The translations under genes were made by a program, and so were the position numbers. The notes beneath the pieces are model-generated. The model had not been told where the DNA came from and ran no database searches. It worked only from the letters and a program-made list of their open reading frames with translations. From a virus (taxonomy: Duplodnaviria > Caudoviricetes), in IMG/VR virus record IMGVR_UViG_3300046779_000192, positions 1-37,721 of that record: 37,721 nucleotides of DNA; one strand, 5' to 3'. Within the stretch, counting starts at the first letter, position 1. Each line of letters begins with the position of its first letter. Below are positions 16,693 to 24,758 of the stretch, in pieces.

Positions 16693-17303
16693 TGTCTAAA
16701 TACTCTGACCAGTATGTTCTTTACGGATATTGGGAATACCAATACGCCGAAGGAGATGTGCTGGCTACAGAGGCTAGTGCTTCTGTTGATGCCGTTGCCA
16801 CAACAACAGCATTGTCAGGTGCAATTCGTTTAGGCGCGTCATCCGTCAGTGCAACAGTCACAACAACTGCGCAAGCAATTAGGCAAAAGCTAGGCGCATC
16901 AGACGTTAATGCGTCAGCCACTACAACGTCAGCAGGAATCAGATTACGGCTGTCTGGCTCATCCGTCAACGCCACAGCCACAACAACATCAGGGGCAAAC
17001 ATTGTTGCTGGTGGCGCGTCTGCGATCTACGCATACGGCACAGCGTCAGCAACTGGCAATTTCACGGCATCAGCCAACGCTGCCATTTACGGCTACGTCA
17101 CGACAACAGCCAGAGGCTATCGCTACGGCGAGGAGTGGACGGGCGTTAATGATGTTTCAGAATCTTGGACTAATGTTAGTGATAACTCACTTACATGGAC
17201 AGCATCATCAGACACATCAAAGTCGTGGACAGGCATTTCAGATCAGTCGAAAACTTGGACTCAGGTCAGCGATAATTCATCATCTTGGACACCAGCAGAT
17301 TAA
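16692..17303 (+). CDS. Virion structural protein with Ala/Ser/Thr repeats and C-terminal 10-aa Trp repeats
   Basis: Repeats of G.S.V.A.ATTT; six WT units at an exact 30-nt period from 17136. Confidence 0.7.
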   Translation: MSKYSDQYVLYGYWEYQYAEGDVLATEASASVDAVATTTALSGAIRLGASSVSATVTTTAQAIRQKLGASDVNASATTTSAGIRLRLSGSSVNATATTTSGANIVAGGASAIYAYGTASATGNFTASANAAIYGYVTTTARGYRYGEEWTGVNDVSESWTNVSDNSLTWTASSDTSKSWTGISDQSKTWTQVSDNSSSWTPAD

Positions 17304-17312
17304 GGGCGCATC

Positions 17313-18287
17313 ATGGCAGATTTAACTACATCCAACATTTCACTAACCAAACCAGAAGTCGGTGCATCCGCTGACACTTGGGGTACGAAGATCAATACCA
17401 ACTTTGATACGTTGGACAACTTGTTTACTTCTGGTCCAGCCTTGTTGATTTCCAAGGGCGGTACTAGCGCAACGACTGCATCTGCTGCGCGTACCAATCT
17501 TGGTCTTGGAACAGTTGCAACTGAAAGCACTGTTCCTGTTGCAAAAGGCGGTACAGGTGCAACTACATTGACAGCAAACAATGTTTTGCTTGGCAACGGC
17601 ACAAGTGCAGTACAAGTTGTTGCGCCAAGCACTAGCGGTAACGTATTGACATCTGATGGAACTACTTGGACTTCAGCAGCAGCCCCAGTAAGCTACGTTG
17701 GCCCTAACGCGCAAGTATTTACATCATCTGGAACTTTTACTGTTCCTTCTAATATTACAGCCGTAAAAGTCACGGTTATTGGTGGTGGCGGTGGTGGCGG
17801 TGGTGCTAGTAGTCCAAGCGGTCAGTGTTCTGGCGGCGGTGGCGGCGGAGCAGGTGCTTCCGTTGAATGGATTACTGGTTTAACTTCTGGTGGAACAGTG
17901 ACAGTTACAGTCGGCGCAGCAGGTTCTGGCGGTAGTTCCTCTCCCAGCAACGGAGGTACGGGAGGCACATCCTCTTTTGGAGCTTATTGTTCTGCTACAG
18001 GCGGTGGTGGAGGTACTTCTGGTAGTGGTAACACTAGTGGTAATAGAGGTAGTAGCGGCAGCGGCTCTGGCGGCAGCTTGAATTTTAGTGGAGTTTATGG
18101 TTATGGGGCAACAACCGTTGGTGGGTTAGCTATGTTTTTTAGTGAAGGGTCTAGAGCCAGCACTGTTAATACTACAGGTAGCGCGGGAATAGGCTACGGC
18201 TCTGGGGGAAGCGGCGCTTTTGTTAGCGAAAATTCAGGGCAAGTGGGCGGCGCTGGTACTGCTGGACTTGTTATTGTGGAATATTGA
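17313..18287 (+). CDS. Glycine-rich tail fibre-like protein
   Basis: N-terminal LTKPEVGAS.DTWGTKIN; ARTNLGL; FTSSGTFTVP...VIGGGGGG; C-terminal GLVIVEY typical of glycine-rich fibre domains. Confidence 0.75.
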   Translation: MADLTTSNISLTKPEVGASADTWGTKINTNFDTLDNLFTSGPALLISKGGTSATTASAARTNLGLGTVATESTVPVAKGGTGATTLTANNVLLGNGTSAVQVVAPSTSGNVLTSDGTTWTSAAAPVSYVGPNAQVFTSSGTFTVPSNITAVKVTVIGGGGGGGGASSPSGQCSGGGGGGAGASVEWITGLTSGGTVTVTVGAAGSGGSSSPSNGGTGGTSSFGAYCSATGGGGGTSGSGNTSGNRGSSGSGSGGSLNFSGVYGYGATTVGGLAMFFSEGSRASTVNTTGSAGIGYGSGGSGAFVSENSGQVGGAGTAGLVIVEY

Positions 18288-18337
18288 TGGAAGACGATAC
18301 AGTATTTGTAAATGTCTTCTCTGAAGGAAAGTATTAA

Positions 18338-18559
18338 ATGGACAACCAACAATTATTTAACTTAGTGGTCAGCGTTGCTGGCTTTTTGGCTGTCTACGTC
18401 ATTAACAACTTGACGCGCACCATCCAGAAGTTAGAAGATAAGGTCAATGACCTGCCTCATAACTACGTCACGAAGGATGACTACAGATCAGATATTGCTG
18501 ACATCAAGTTGATCTTGAAACAAATCTTTGACAAACTAGACAACAAGCAAGACAAGTGA
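18338..18559 (+). CDS. Small membrane protein, possible holin or antiholin
   Basis: N-terminal hydrophobic helix plus charged coiled coil; first gene of the lysis region. Confidence 0.55.
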   Translation: MDNQQLFNLVVSVAGFLAVYVINNLTRTIQKLEDKVNDLPHNYVTKDDYRSDIADIKLILKQIFDKLDNKQDK

Positions 18560-18560
18560 T

Positions 18561-19298
18561 GTGGACCCAATCTCTCTCCTCCTCATGGCGCAGAGTGCAG
18601 TCGGCGCTATCCGCGCTGGCTGTCAAATGCTCTCAGAAGGTAAAGCAGAAATTGGAAAGTTTAAAAAGCAAGTTGAAGGTGGGATTGCTGACGCTAAAGC
18701 AATCTACAAAGAAGTCACTGGAATCTGGGGATGGCTCAAAGGTTTATTGGGAGCGCCTAAGCAATCTGCTGGAAGCGTTATCGCCAAGCAAGCCGTTGTC
18801 TCCGAGCCAGCCAAACCATCCGCGAAAAAAGCCAAGCGAGAGCCAGAGCCAGAACTAAGTTTTGAGGAGTTTCAAGCAAGGGCTGTACATGAGATTTGTG
18901 AGAACTTGAAGATTTACTTTGAGGCTATGCGCCAGCTCAAGGAGCATTGTCGGGAACTTGAAGAAGAAGCTCTCACAACTGAGAAGGTTGCCGACAGTGC
19001 TATTGACCGCATCGAAATGGAATGGCAGATGAATCAGTTATCTGGACAACTGAAGCAGGTAATGATCTATGGCACTCCAGCAGAATTAGGACTTGGCTCG
19101 ATGTACAAGGAGTTTTTGGCTAAGTACGATGAAATCTTAGAGGAACAAGAGGTTGCGCGTGAGCTGAAGGCAAAGAGAGAACGGGACAACCGATGGCGAC
19201 TAGAACACCGCAAAGAAATTCTGATCGCCAAAGTGACCTACGCAATAGCGGTGGCAATGGGGTTCCTCCAACTGATTGGAATGTATTTCACTCTATGA
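18561..19298 (+). CDS. Hypothetical coiled-coil protein with C-terminal transmembrane segment
   Basis: 245 aa; helical and charged; ends in hydrophobic VTYAIAVAMGFLQLIGMYFTL. Confidence 0.7.
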   Translation: MDPISLLLMAQSAVGAIRAGCQMLSEGKAEIGKFKKQVEGGIADAKAIYKEVTGIWGWLKGLLGAPKQSAGSVIAKQAVVSEPAKPSAKKAKREPEPELSFEEFQARAVHEICENLKIYFEAMRQLKEHCRELEEEALTTEKVADSAIDRIEMEWQMNQLSGQLKQVMIYGTPAELGLGSMYKEFLAKYDEILEEQEVARELKAKRERDNRWRLEHRKEILIAKVTYAIAVAMGFLQLIGMYFTL

Positions 19299-19480
19299 AG
19301 GAATTTTGGTTTTGGGTTGCAATCGTCACACTGCTCATCTTCTGCATCATGATGCTTTCATTCGTTGTGCTGCACACGGACAAGCAGCTCAAGAAGGTCA
19401 ACGCGCTGGTCATCAGGCTTGAAGAAAAGGAAAAGAAACGAAATGAAAAGAATCGTACTGACCCTGCTGATGCTGATTAG
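19295..19480 (+). CDS. Small bitopic membrane protein (61 aa)
   Basis: ATGA overlap at 19295; transmembrane FWFWVAIVTLLIFCIMMLSFVVL followed by a charged helix. Confidence 0.65.
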   Translation: MKEFWFWVAIVTLLIFCIMMLSFVVLHTDKQLKKVNALVIRLEEKEKKRNEKNRTDPADAD

Positions 19481-19658
19481 CATTGCTGGATGTGAAGACC
19501 GATACCGCTACGCTTGCCAGAATCCTGACAACTTTGCAAAAGCGGAATGTCAGAAGCCCCGTTGTCTGTTTACGCAGACTTGTCCTGAGTATCTAGTTGC
19601 ACCAGTATTGGAGAAGAAAATTGAACCAAGCCAACCAGCAGCGTCATCGGAGCGTTGA
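19443..19658 (+). CDS. Cys-rich lipoprotein (71 aa)
   Basis: Signal MKRIVLTLLMLISIAG-C (lipobox IAGC); four further Cys in the mature part. Confidence 0.7.
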   Translation: MKRIVLTLLMLISIAGCEDRYRYACQNPDNFAKAECQKPRCLFTQTCPEYLVAPVLEKKIEPSQPAASSER

Positions 19659-20091
19659 AGAAATTGAAACCCTAGTCTGGGGTTTTGTTGTGGGTGTAGT
19701 AACCCTAATCCTTGCCTTCATTGTGATTGCCTTGTTGTACTCTGTGACCTTCGTGGTGCAGCCCATCAAGTCAATGGCTCCAATTGATATGGCCTACACC
19801 AAGATGCTGAATGACATTGTTCTTTTGGTGGTTGGCGGTATCGGCGGTGTGATGAGCCGTAAAGGGATTCAGGCTGCGGCTCAAGTGGCTGCACCTAAGT
19901 CAGAGCCACCAAAGGGAGAGCCAACGCCCCCAAAGCCAGTTGACCCATCAGGCGCGTTGCCTGTATGGGTCAATCCTGCATTGGACGAGTCTTGGGTTCC
20001 ACCACCACCACCAGCTACATCGCCAGACTTTATTGACCCGTCAGCAGAAGAAATTGCGCATGAACGTGCAGCGGCTAAAGGGGAAGTCTGA
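19597..20091 (+). CDS. Two-TM membrane protein with Pro-rich tail, possible holin (start uncertain)
   Basis: Hydrophobic LVWGFVVGVVTLILAFIVIALLYSVTFVV and IVLLVVGGIGGVM; directly upstream of Rz. Confidence 0.6.
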   Translation: MHQYWRRKLNQANQQRHRSVEEIETLVWGFVVGVVTLILAFIVIALLYSVTFVVQPIKSMAPIDMAYTKMLNDIVLLVVGGIGGVMSRKGIQAAAQVAAPKSEPPKGEPTPPKPVDPSGALPVWVNPALDESWVPPPPPATSPDFIDPSAEEIAHERAAAKGEV

Positions 20092-20549
20092 TGGTAAACC
20101 CTTGGATGATTATTGGCGTTATCTTCGTGGTGCTTGGAACGTACAAGTACGGGACGCATGAAGGCTACAAGGAGCGCGATGCAGAGATGCAAGTTGAGAT
20201 CGCAAGGCTCAATGAGGAGTCTCGCGCCAAGGAGCAAAAGCTCTCTGAAGACTTGAACCAGACATCTTCACAACTGAAAGAGGCAAACGATGTTGTCACC
20301 AAAAAACAAACTGATCTTGATGCTGCCATTCGTTCTGGCAGGGTGCGCTTCGGCTCCTCAAGTTGCGTACAAGCCGCCACAAATACCACCCCTGCCAGCG
20401 GAAATCAAACCGATGCAAGCGAATCTGACAGACAGACTCTCCTCCTTATTGCTCAACTCATCGCAGAAGGAGATCAAGCCATCAACAGACTCAACGCCTG
20501 TATCGCAGCCTACAACCAAGTAAGGGACACGATCAATGGTCAACGCTGA
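20091..20549 (+). CDS. Rz-like inner-membrane spanin
   Basis: N-terminal TM helix, long coiled coil, C-terminal GDQAINRLNAC; contains an embedded lipoprotein ORF. Confidence 0.8.
   Translation: MVNPWMIIGVIFVVLGTYKYGTHEGYKERDAEMQVEIARLNEESRAKEQKLSEDLNQTSSQLKEANDVVTKKQTDLDAAIRSGRVRFGSSSCVQAATNTTPASGNQTDASESDRQTLLLIAQLIAEGDQAINRLNACIAAYNQVRDTINGQR
20290..20523 (+). CDS. Rz1-like outer-membrane spanin lipoprotein, embedded in Rz in the +1 frame
   Basis: Signal ...LILMLPFVLAG-C (lipobox LAGC) followed by Pro-rich KPPQIPPLPAE; lambda-like embedded architecture. Confidence 0.75.
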   Translation: MLSPKNKLILMLPFVLAGCASAPQVAYKPPQIPPLPAEIKPMQANLTDRLSSLLLNSSQKEIKPSTDSTPVSQPTTK

Positions 20550-21135
20550 ACAATTAGCCAAGTTGCACATTGGCGCAGAATGGGTTGATGCGCTCAATGA
20601 GACATTTGAGCGTTTTGGAATCAATACGCCACGCCAACAGGCTGCGTTTATCGGGCAGTGCGGACATGAGTGCGGCAACTTCAAGGTCTTGAAGGAGAAC
20701 TTGAACTATCGCGCAGCCACCTTGATGAAGCTGTGGCCTAAGCGTTTTCCTACATTGGAAGTGGCAAACCAGTACGCTGGTCAGCCAAAGAAGATTGCGA
20801 ACATGGTTTACGCCAACCGTATGGGCAATCGAGATGAAGCGTCAGGGGACGGTTTTCGTTTTTCTGGAAAAGGTTGCATCCAATTGACGGGCCATGCGAA
20901 CTACTTTCACGCAAGCAAAGCCTTGGGCGTTGACTTTGTGATGGAGCCTGATTTGGTGGCAACGCCAAAGTATGCAGCCCTAACTGCTGGCTGGTTTTGG
21001 TCAACCCACAATTGCAACGTCTTGGCTGAAGCCGCAGATTGGATTGCCTTGACCAAGAAAATCAATGGTGGGACGATAGGTTTGGATGACCGCATCAAAC
21101 ACACCAATGAAGCACTGGCGGTTTTGCAGGGCTAA
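20536..21135 (+). CDS. Endolysin, glycoside hydrolase family 19 (chitinase-like)
   Basis: AAFIGQCGHEC, ENLNY, GDGFRF.G.G.IQLTG, AGWFW and TKKINGG motifs. Confidence 0.9.
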   Translation: MVNAEQLAKLHIGAEWVDALNETFERFGINTPRQQAAFIGQCGHECGNFKVLKENLNYRAATLMKLWPKRFPTLEVANQYAGQPKKIANMVYANRMGNRDEASGDGFRFSGKGCIQLTGHANYFHASKALGVDFVMEPDLVATPKYAALTAGWFWSTHNCNVLAEAADWIALTKKINGGTIGLDDRIKHTNEALAVLQG

Positions 21136-21155
21136 TTTCAGCGAAAATATGGGCT

Positions 21156-21806
21156 ATGAAAAACTTTCAAGGCCAGATTGAAAACCCTGCTGTACCAGAG
21201 CTGCCAATTGCTGGCGTTGTGTACAGCGGTCAATTAGTCAATCAAACAAACGGCAGTCTAAGGCTGTTTTTTGTTCGTTTGATGTCTAACCTTCGCGCCT
21301 TGTTTGGCCCCGCTGGAAGCCAGTTTATTGACTCGCCAAACGGCTTGTTCTTCAGCACAGCAGATCAAACGCTTGCAGCCACAGACACTGGCTATGCCAT
21401 CACGTTTAATCAGACGTATTTGAACAACGCAATTAGCGTGGCTTCATCAAGTCGCATCACTTGCACAGTTGGCGCAGTTTATAACTTTCAATTCTCTGGC
21501 CAGATCAAGTCAACAAGCTCGTCTGCAAAGCAAATCTATTTATGGATTAAGCGAGACGGCACAAGCATTGGGTATACGACAAGACAATTGACCATATCTG
21601 GCTCTGACAACCATATGCCAATCAATTGGAACTTCAGCATTGACGTTAGCAAGGATTCATATATTGAGCTGGTTTGGGCGTCTGACAGTACAAGTGTGAC
21701 ACTTGAAACTACAACAGCAACGTCACCACACACAGGCATACCATCAGCAGTTTTGGCTGTGAACTTTGTTGCGCCATTACCTGTAACGCTACCAACCCCA
21801 CCGTAA
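21156..21806 (+). CDS. Virion structural protein with beta-sandwich C-terminus
   Basis: YNFQFSGQI, IYLWIKRDG and DSYIELVW strands resemble C1q/TNF-like folds; located in the tail module. Confidence 0.55.
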   Translation: MKNFQGQIENPAVPELPIAGVVYSGQLVNQTNGSLRLFFVRLMSNLRALFGPAGSQFIDSPNGLFFSTADQTLAATDTGYAITFNQTYLNNAISVASSSRITCTVGAVYNFQFSGQIKSTSSSAKQIYLWIKRDGTSIGYTTRQLTISGSDNHMPINWNFSIDVSKDSYIELVWASDSTSVTLETTTATSPHTGIPSAVLAVNFVAPLPVTLPTPP

Positions 21807-21816
21807 AGATCAGACT

Positions 21817-23298
21817 ATGGCTTACATCCCACTCAAAATCCCTGCTGGTGTCTACCGTAACGGTACTGAGTACCAATCTGCTGGACGTTGGTACGACTCA
21901 AACTTGGTGCGTTGGTATCAGGGAACGATTCGTCCTGTTGGCGGCTGGCAGAAACGCTCAAACAATGCTGTATCAGGCAAAGCCCGTGGTTTACTGACTT
22001 GGCGGGATAACTCCAATGACCGATGGATTGGCATTGGTACGCACACACATCTGTATGTGATGAATGAAGGTGGTTCGCTGTACGACATCACGCCAACTGG
22101 TTACACAGCAGGAAACGCTGGCGGTGAGGCTAAGTTGGGTTATGGCTATTTAGCCTATGGCGCATACAGCTACGGTGTTCCTCGTCCTGACATTGGTGAA
22201 GTGACTCAGGCCACGACATGGAGCCTTGACACTTGGGGCGCTTATCTCGTTGCTTGCGCTAATACTGATGGGAAGATTTACGAGTGGCAGTTAAGTACTG
22301 GCACAGATGCAGCGGTCATCACCAATGCGCCAACAAGCTGTACAGGTGTTGTAGTCACGGCTGAACGATTTATCTTTGCTCTTGGCGCTGGTGGCGATAA
22401 GCGCAAAGTCTCTTGGTGTGACCAAGAAGACAACACAGATTGGACTCCTTCAGCCACCAATCAGGCTGGTGACTTCAACATAACGTCAAGCGGTTCATTG
22501 ATGTGCGGTAAGCGAGTTCGCGGTTTAACCGTGTTGTTTACTGACGTTGACGTTCATACAGCCACCTACATCGGTGCGCCTTTTGTTTACGCCTTTGACC
22601 GTGTAGGCACAGGCTGCGGCGTGATCTCAAAGCAGTCTGTTGCGTCAACTGACAATGCCTGTATCTGGATGTCTCGTTCAGGCTTCTGGATATATGACGG
22701 AGTAGTCAAGCCGTTGCCATGTGACGTTGGTGATTTTGTGCTGAATGATGTGAACTACGCGCAGGAGTCAAAGATTTACTGCGTCCACAACTCTGCTTAT
22801 GGCGAGGTATGGTGGTTCTATCCAAGCGGCTCAAGTACAGAGGTTGATGCTTATGTGTCGTACAACTATCGTGAAGGCCATTGGGCGATTGGTAATTTGT
22901 CTCGTACTGCTGGCACTGACCGTGGTGTGTTTACCTACCCATTGATGGTTTCCACTGATGGCTATGTGTACGAACACGAAACAGGCTTGGTGGATTACGA
23001 GACAGACCAGCCTTACGCCAAGTCTGGACCAGTTGACGTGAGCAATGGCGATACTCTGCTTGAGATTGACCAGATCATCCCTGACGAGAAGACGTTAGGT
23101 GACGTAAATGTGACCTTTGAGTCACGGCTGTACCCGACTGCTGATGCCCGTACTTATGGCCCGTATTCAATGGCTAACCCGACAAGCGTCAGGATTACTG
23201 GACGGCAAATCTCTGCCAAGATTGGCGGGGCGCGTAATGCTGATTGGCGCATTGGAACTATCAGGTTTAACGGAAAAGCCTCTGGTTCTAAGCGATGA
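21817..23298 (+). CDS. Tail nozzle / packaged DNA stabilisation protein (P22 gp10-like)
   Basis: 493 aa; Trp/Gly-rich beta-propeller-like sequence (EVWWFYPS, YVSYNY); lies upstream of the ejection genes. Confidence 0.7.
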   Translation: MAYIPLKIPAGVYRNGTEYQSAGRWYDSNLVRWYQGTIRPVGGWQKRSNNAVSGKARGLLTWRDNSNDRWIGIGTHTHLYVMNEGGSLYDITPTGYTAGNAGGEAKLGYGYLAYGAYSYGVPRPDIGEVTQATTWSLDTWGAYLVACANTDGKIYEWQLSTGTDAAVITNAPTSCTGVVVTAERFIFALGAGGDKRKVSWCDQEDNTDWTPSATNQAGDFNITSSGSLMCGKRVRGLTVLFTDVDVHTATYIGAPFVYAFDRVGTGCGVISKQSVASTDNACIWMSRSGFWIYDGVVKPLPCDVGDFVLNDVNYAQESKIYCVHNSAYGEVWWFYPSGSSTEVDAYVSYNYREGHWAIGNLSRTAGTDRGVFTYPLMVSTDGYVYEHETGLVDYETDQPYAKSGPVDVSNGDTLLEIDQIIPDEKTLGDVNVTFESRLYPTADARTYGPYSMANPTSVRITGRQISAKIGGARNADWRIGTIRFNGKASGSKR

Positions 23299-23663
23299 CA
23301 GATTTGGCTGAGTTTTGGAGGCTGCGCAAACACGTTGCTGCGGCATTAGAATACTCAGCAGGAACACACACGATTGATGATGTCGCTGAAGGTATTGCGC
23401 AAGGCAAGTTTCAGTGTTGGGAAGGTGAGAATTCCATCATCATCACTGAGATCGTTGTCTACCCGCGACTCAAGGATTTGCACTTCTTCCTTGCTGGCGG
23501 CGACCTAGACGAAATCAGCCTTATGGAGCCACTCATTGCGGCTTGGGGCAAGAGTCTTGGATGTACGCGAGTCTCTCTTGCTGGACGCAAAGGTTGGCAA
23601 AAGAGTTTTTTAAAGGAAAGAGGGTACGAGCCAAAATGGTCTGTACTTTCAAAGGAGTTGTAA
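23295..23663 (+). CDS. Conserved small protein between nozzle and ejection genes (GNAT-like fold possible)
   Basis: LHFFLAGG and GC..VSLAGRKGW motifs; ATGA overlap. Confidence 0.6.
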   Translation: MTDLAEFWRLRKHVAAALEYSAGTHTIDDVAEGIAQGKFQCWEGENSIIITEIVVYPRLKDLHFFLAGGDLDEISLMEPLIAAWGKSLGCTRVSLAGRKGWQKSFLKERGYEPKWSVLSKEL

Positions 23664-24410
23664 ATGTCTAAAGGCGGCGGCGGTTCACAGCAACAGACTC
23701 AATCTGTTGACCCACAAATCAAACAGGCTTATCTAGAGAACTTAGCTACTGCCAAGTCAACTGCTGGTGGCCTTGAAGCGCGTCAATTCGCTGGCTTTAC
23801 TCCTGAGTATCAAGCTGCACAAGATCGTCTGACGAATCTTGGCATGACAGGGTTTACACCAGAGTCAATCAGCCAATTTATGAATCCGTACCAAGAGGAA
23901 GTTATTGGTTCGGCAATGAACGACATTGAACTTCAACGCCAAAGACAACGAGTCGCTGACGCATCTTCTGCAACCCGCGCTGGTGCTTTTGGCGGCTCAC
24001 GCCAAGGCGTTGTGGAAGCACTTACTAACGAAGCAGCCTTGCGTCAAGGCGCTTCAACAGCAGCTCAAATGCGTGCGCAGGGTTACGGTCAAGCAGCTCA
24101 GTTGGCGCAGCAAGCTCAAGCGATGGGCTTACAAGGCGCTGGCGCTGTGATGTCTGCACAACAAATGCAACAAGCACTTGAGCAGCAACGCCTTGATGCA
24201 ATGCGCAATCTGCCATTGGAGCAGTTGGCTTTGCAACAAGCTGCAATGTCTGCGCAGCCAGCCAACTTAGGTATGACATCAACTGTTCCAACAACACGCA
24301 ATGTTGGAGCTGGTGCATTGGGTGGCGCTGGTATGGCTTACGCGCTTGGCGCAACCAATCCTTTATATCTTGGTGGCGCTGCTTTGCTTGGTTCTGGACT
24401 GTTGGGGTAA
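23664..24410 (+). CDS. Putative ejection / internal virion protein 1
   Basis: MSKGGG start; Gln/Ala-rich; AGAFGGSRQG motif; hydrophobic Gly-rich end GLLG. Confidence 0.7.
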   Translation: MSKGGGGSQQQTQSVDPQIKQAYLENLATAKSTAGGLEARQFAGFTPEYQAAQDRLTNLGMTGFTPESISQFMNPYQEEVIGSAMNDIELQRQRQRVADASSATRAGAFGGSRQGVVEALTNEAALRQGASTAAQMRAQGYGQAAQLAQQAQAMGLQGAGAVMSAQQMQQALEQQRLDAMRNLPLEQLALQQAAMSAQPANLGMTSTVPTTRNVGAGALGGAGMAYALGATNPLYLGGAALLGSGLLG

Positions 24411-24413
24411 ATC

Positions 24414-24755
24414 ATGGCAATGTTTAACTTTCTTGGCGCTCCTCAATACACTGGCGGTGGCCTTCGCATGGGTCAGCCATCAATGTATGAGGACGGTATT
24501 GGTCTTCGCCCACAGACACCAATGATGACTCAGGGCGAAGGCATGACTATGGCTTCAATGCCACAAGACTTTGGCTCAATGGGCAATCCAAGCAGCGCAA
24601 TGGCTGGTCGCCTTCCTATGATGATGTCATCTCAGATGCTTGCTGCTAGTCAAGAAAAAGCAGCGCCAATGATGCAAAACAACATTCCGATGGGACGCAA
24701 CCTGTCCTATCAGGACATTATGAAGATGTACGGTATTCAAGGACTGATGGGGTAA
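24414..24755 (+). CDS. Putative small internal virion protein (Met/Gly/Pro-rich)
   Basis: 113 aa low-complexity ORF inside the ejection cluster; ends GLMG. Confidence 0.6.
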   Translation: MAMFNFLGAPQYTGGGLRMGQPSMYEDGIGLRPQTPMMTQGEGMTMASMPQDFGSMGNPSSAMAGRLPMMMSSQMLAASQEKAAPMMQNNIPMGRNLSYQDIMKMYGIQGLMG

Positions 24756-24758
24756 ATC

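Noticed and set aside
14059-18287. Diversity-generating retroelement or invertible fibre cassette
   Set aside because: No reverse transcriptase, invertase or adenine-specific template/variable repeat pair was seen.
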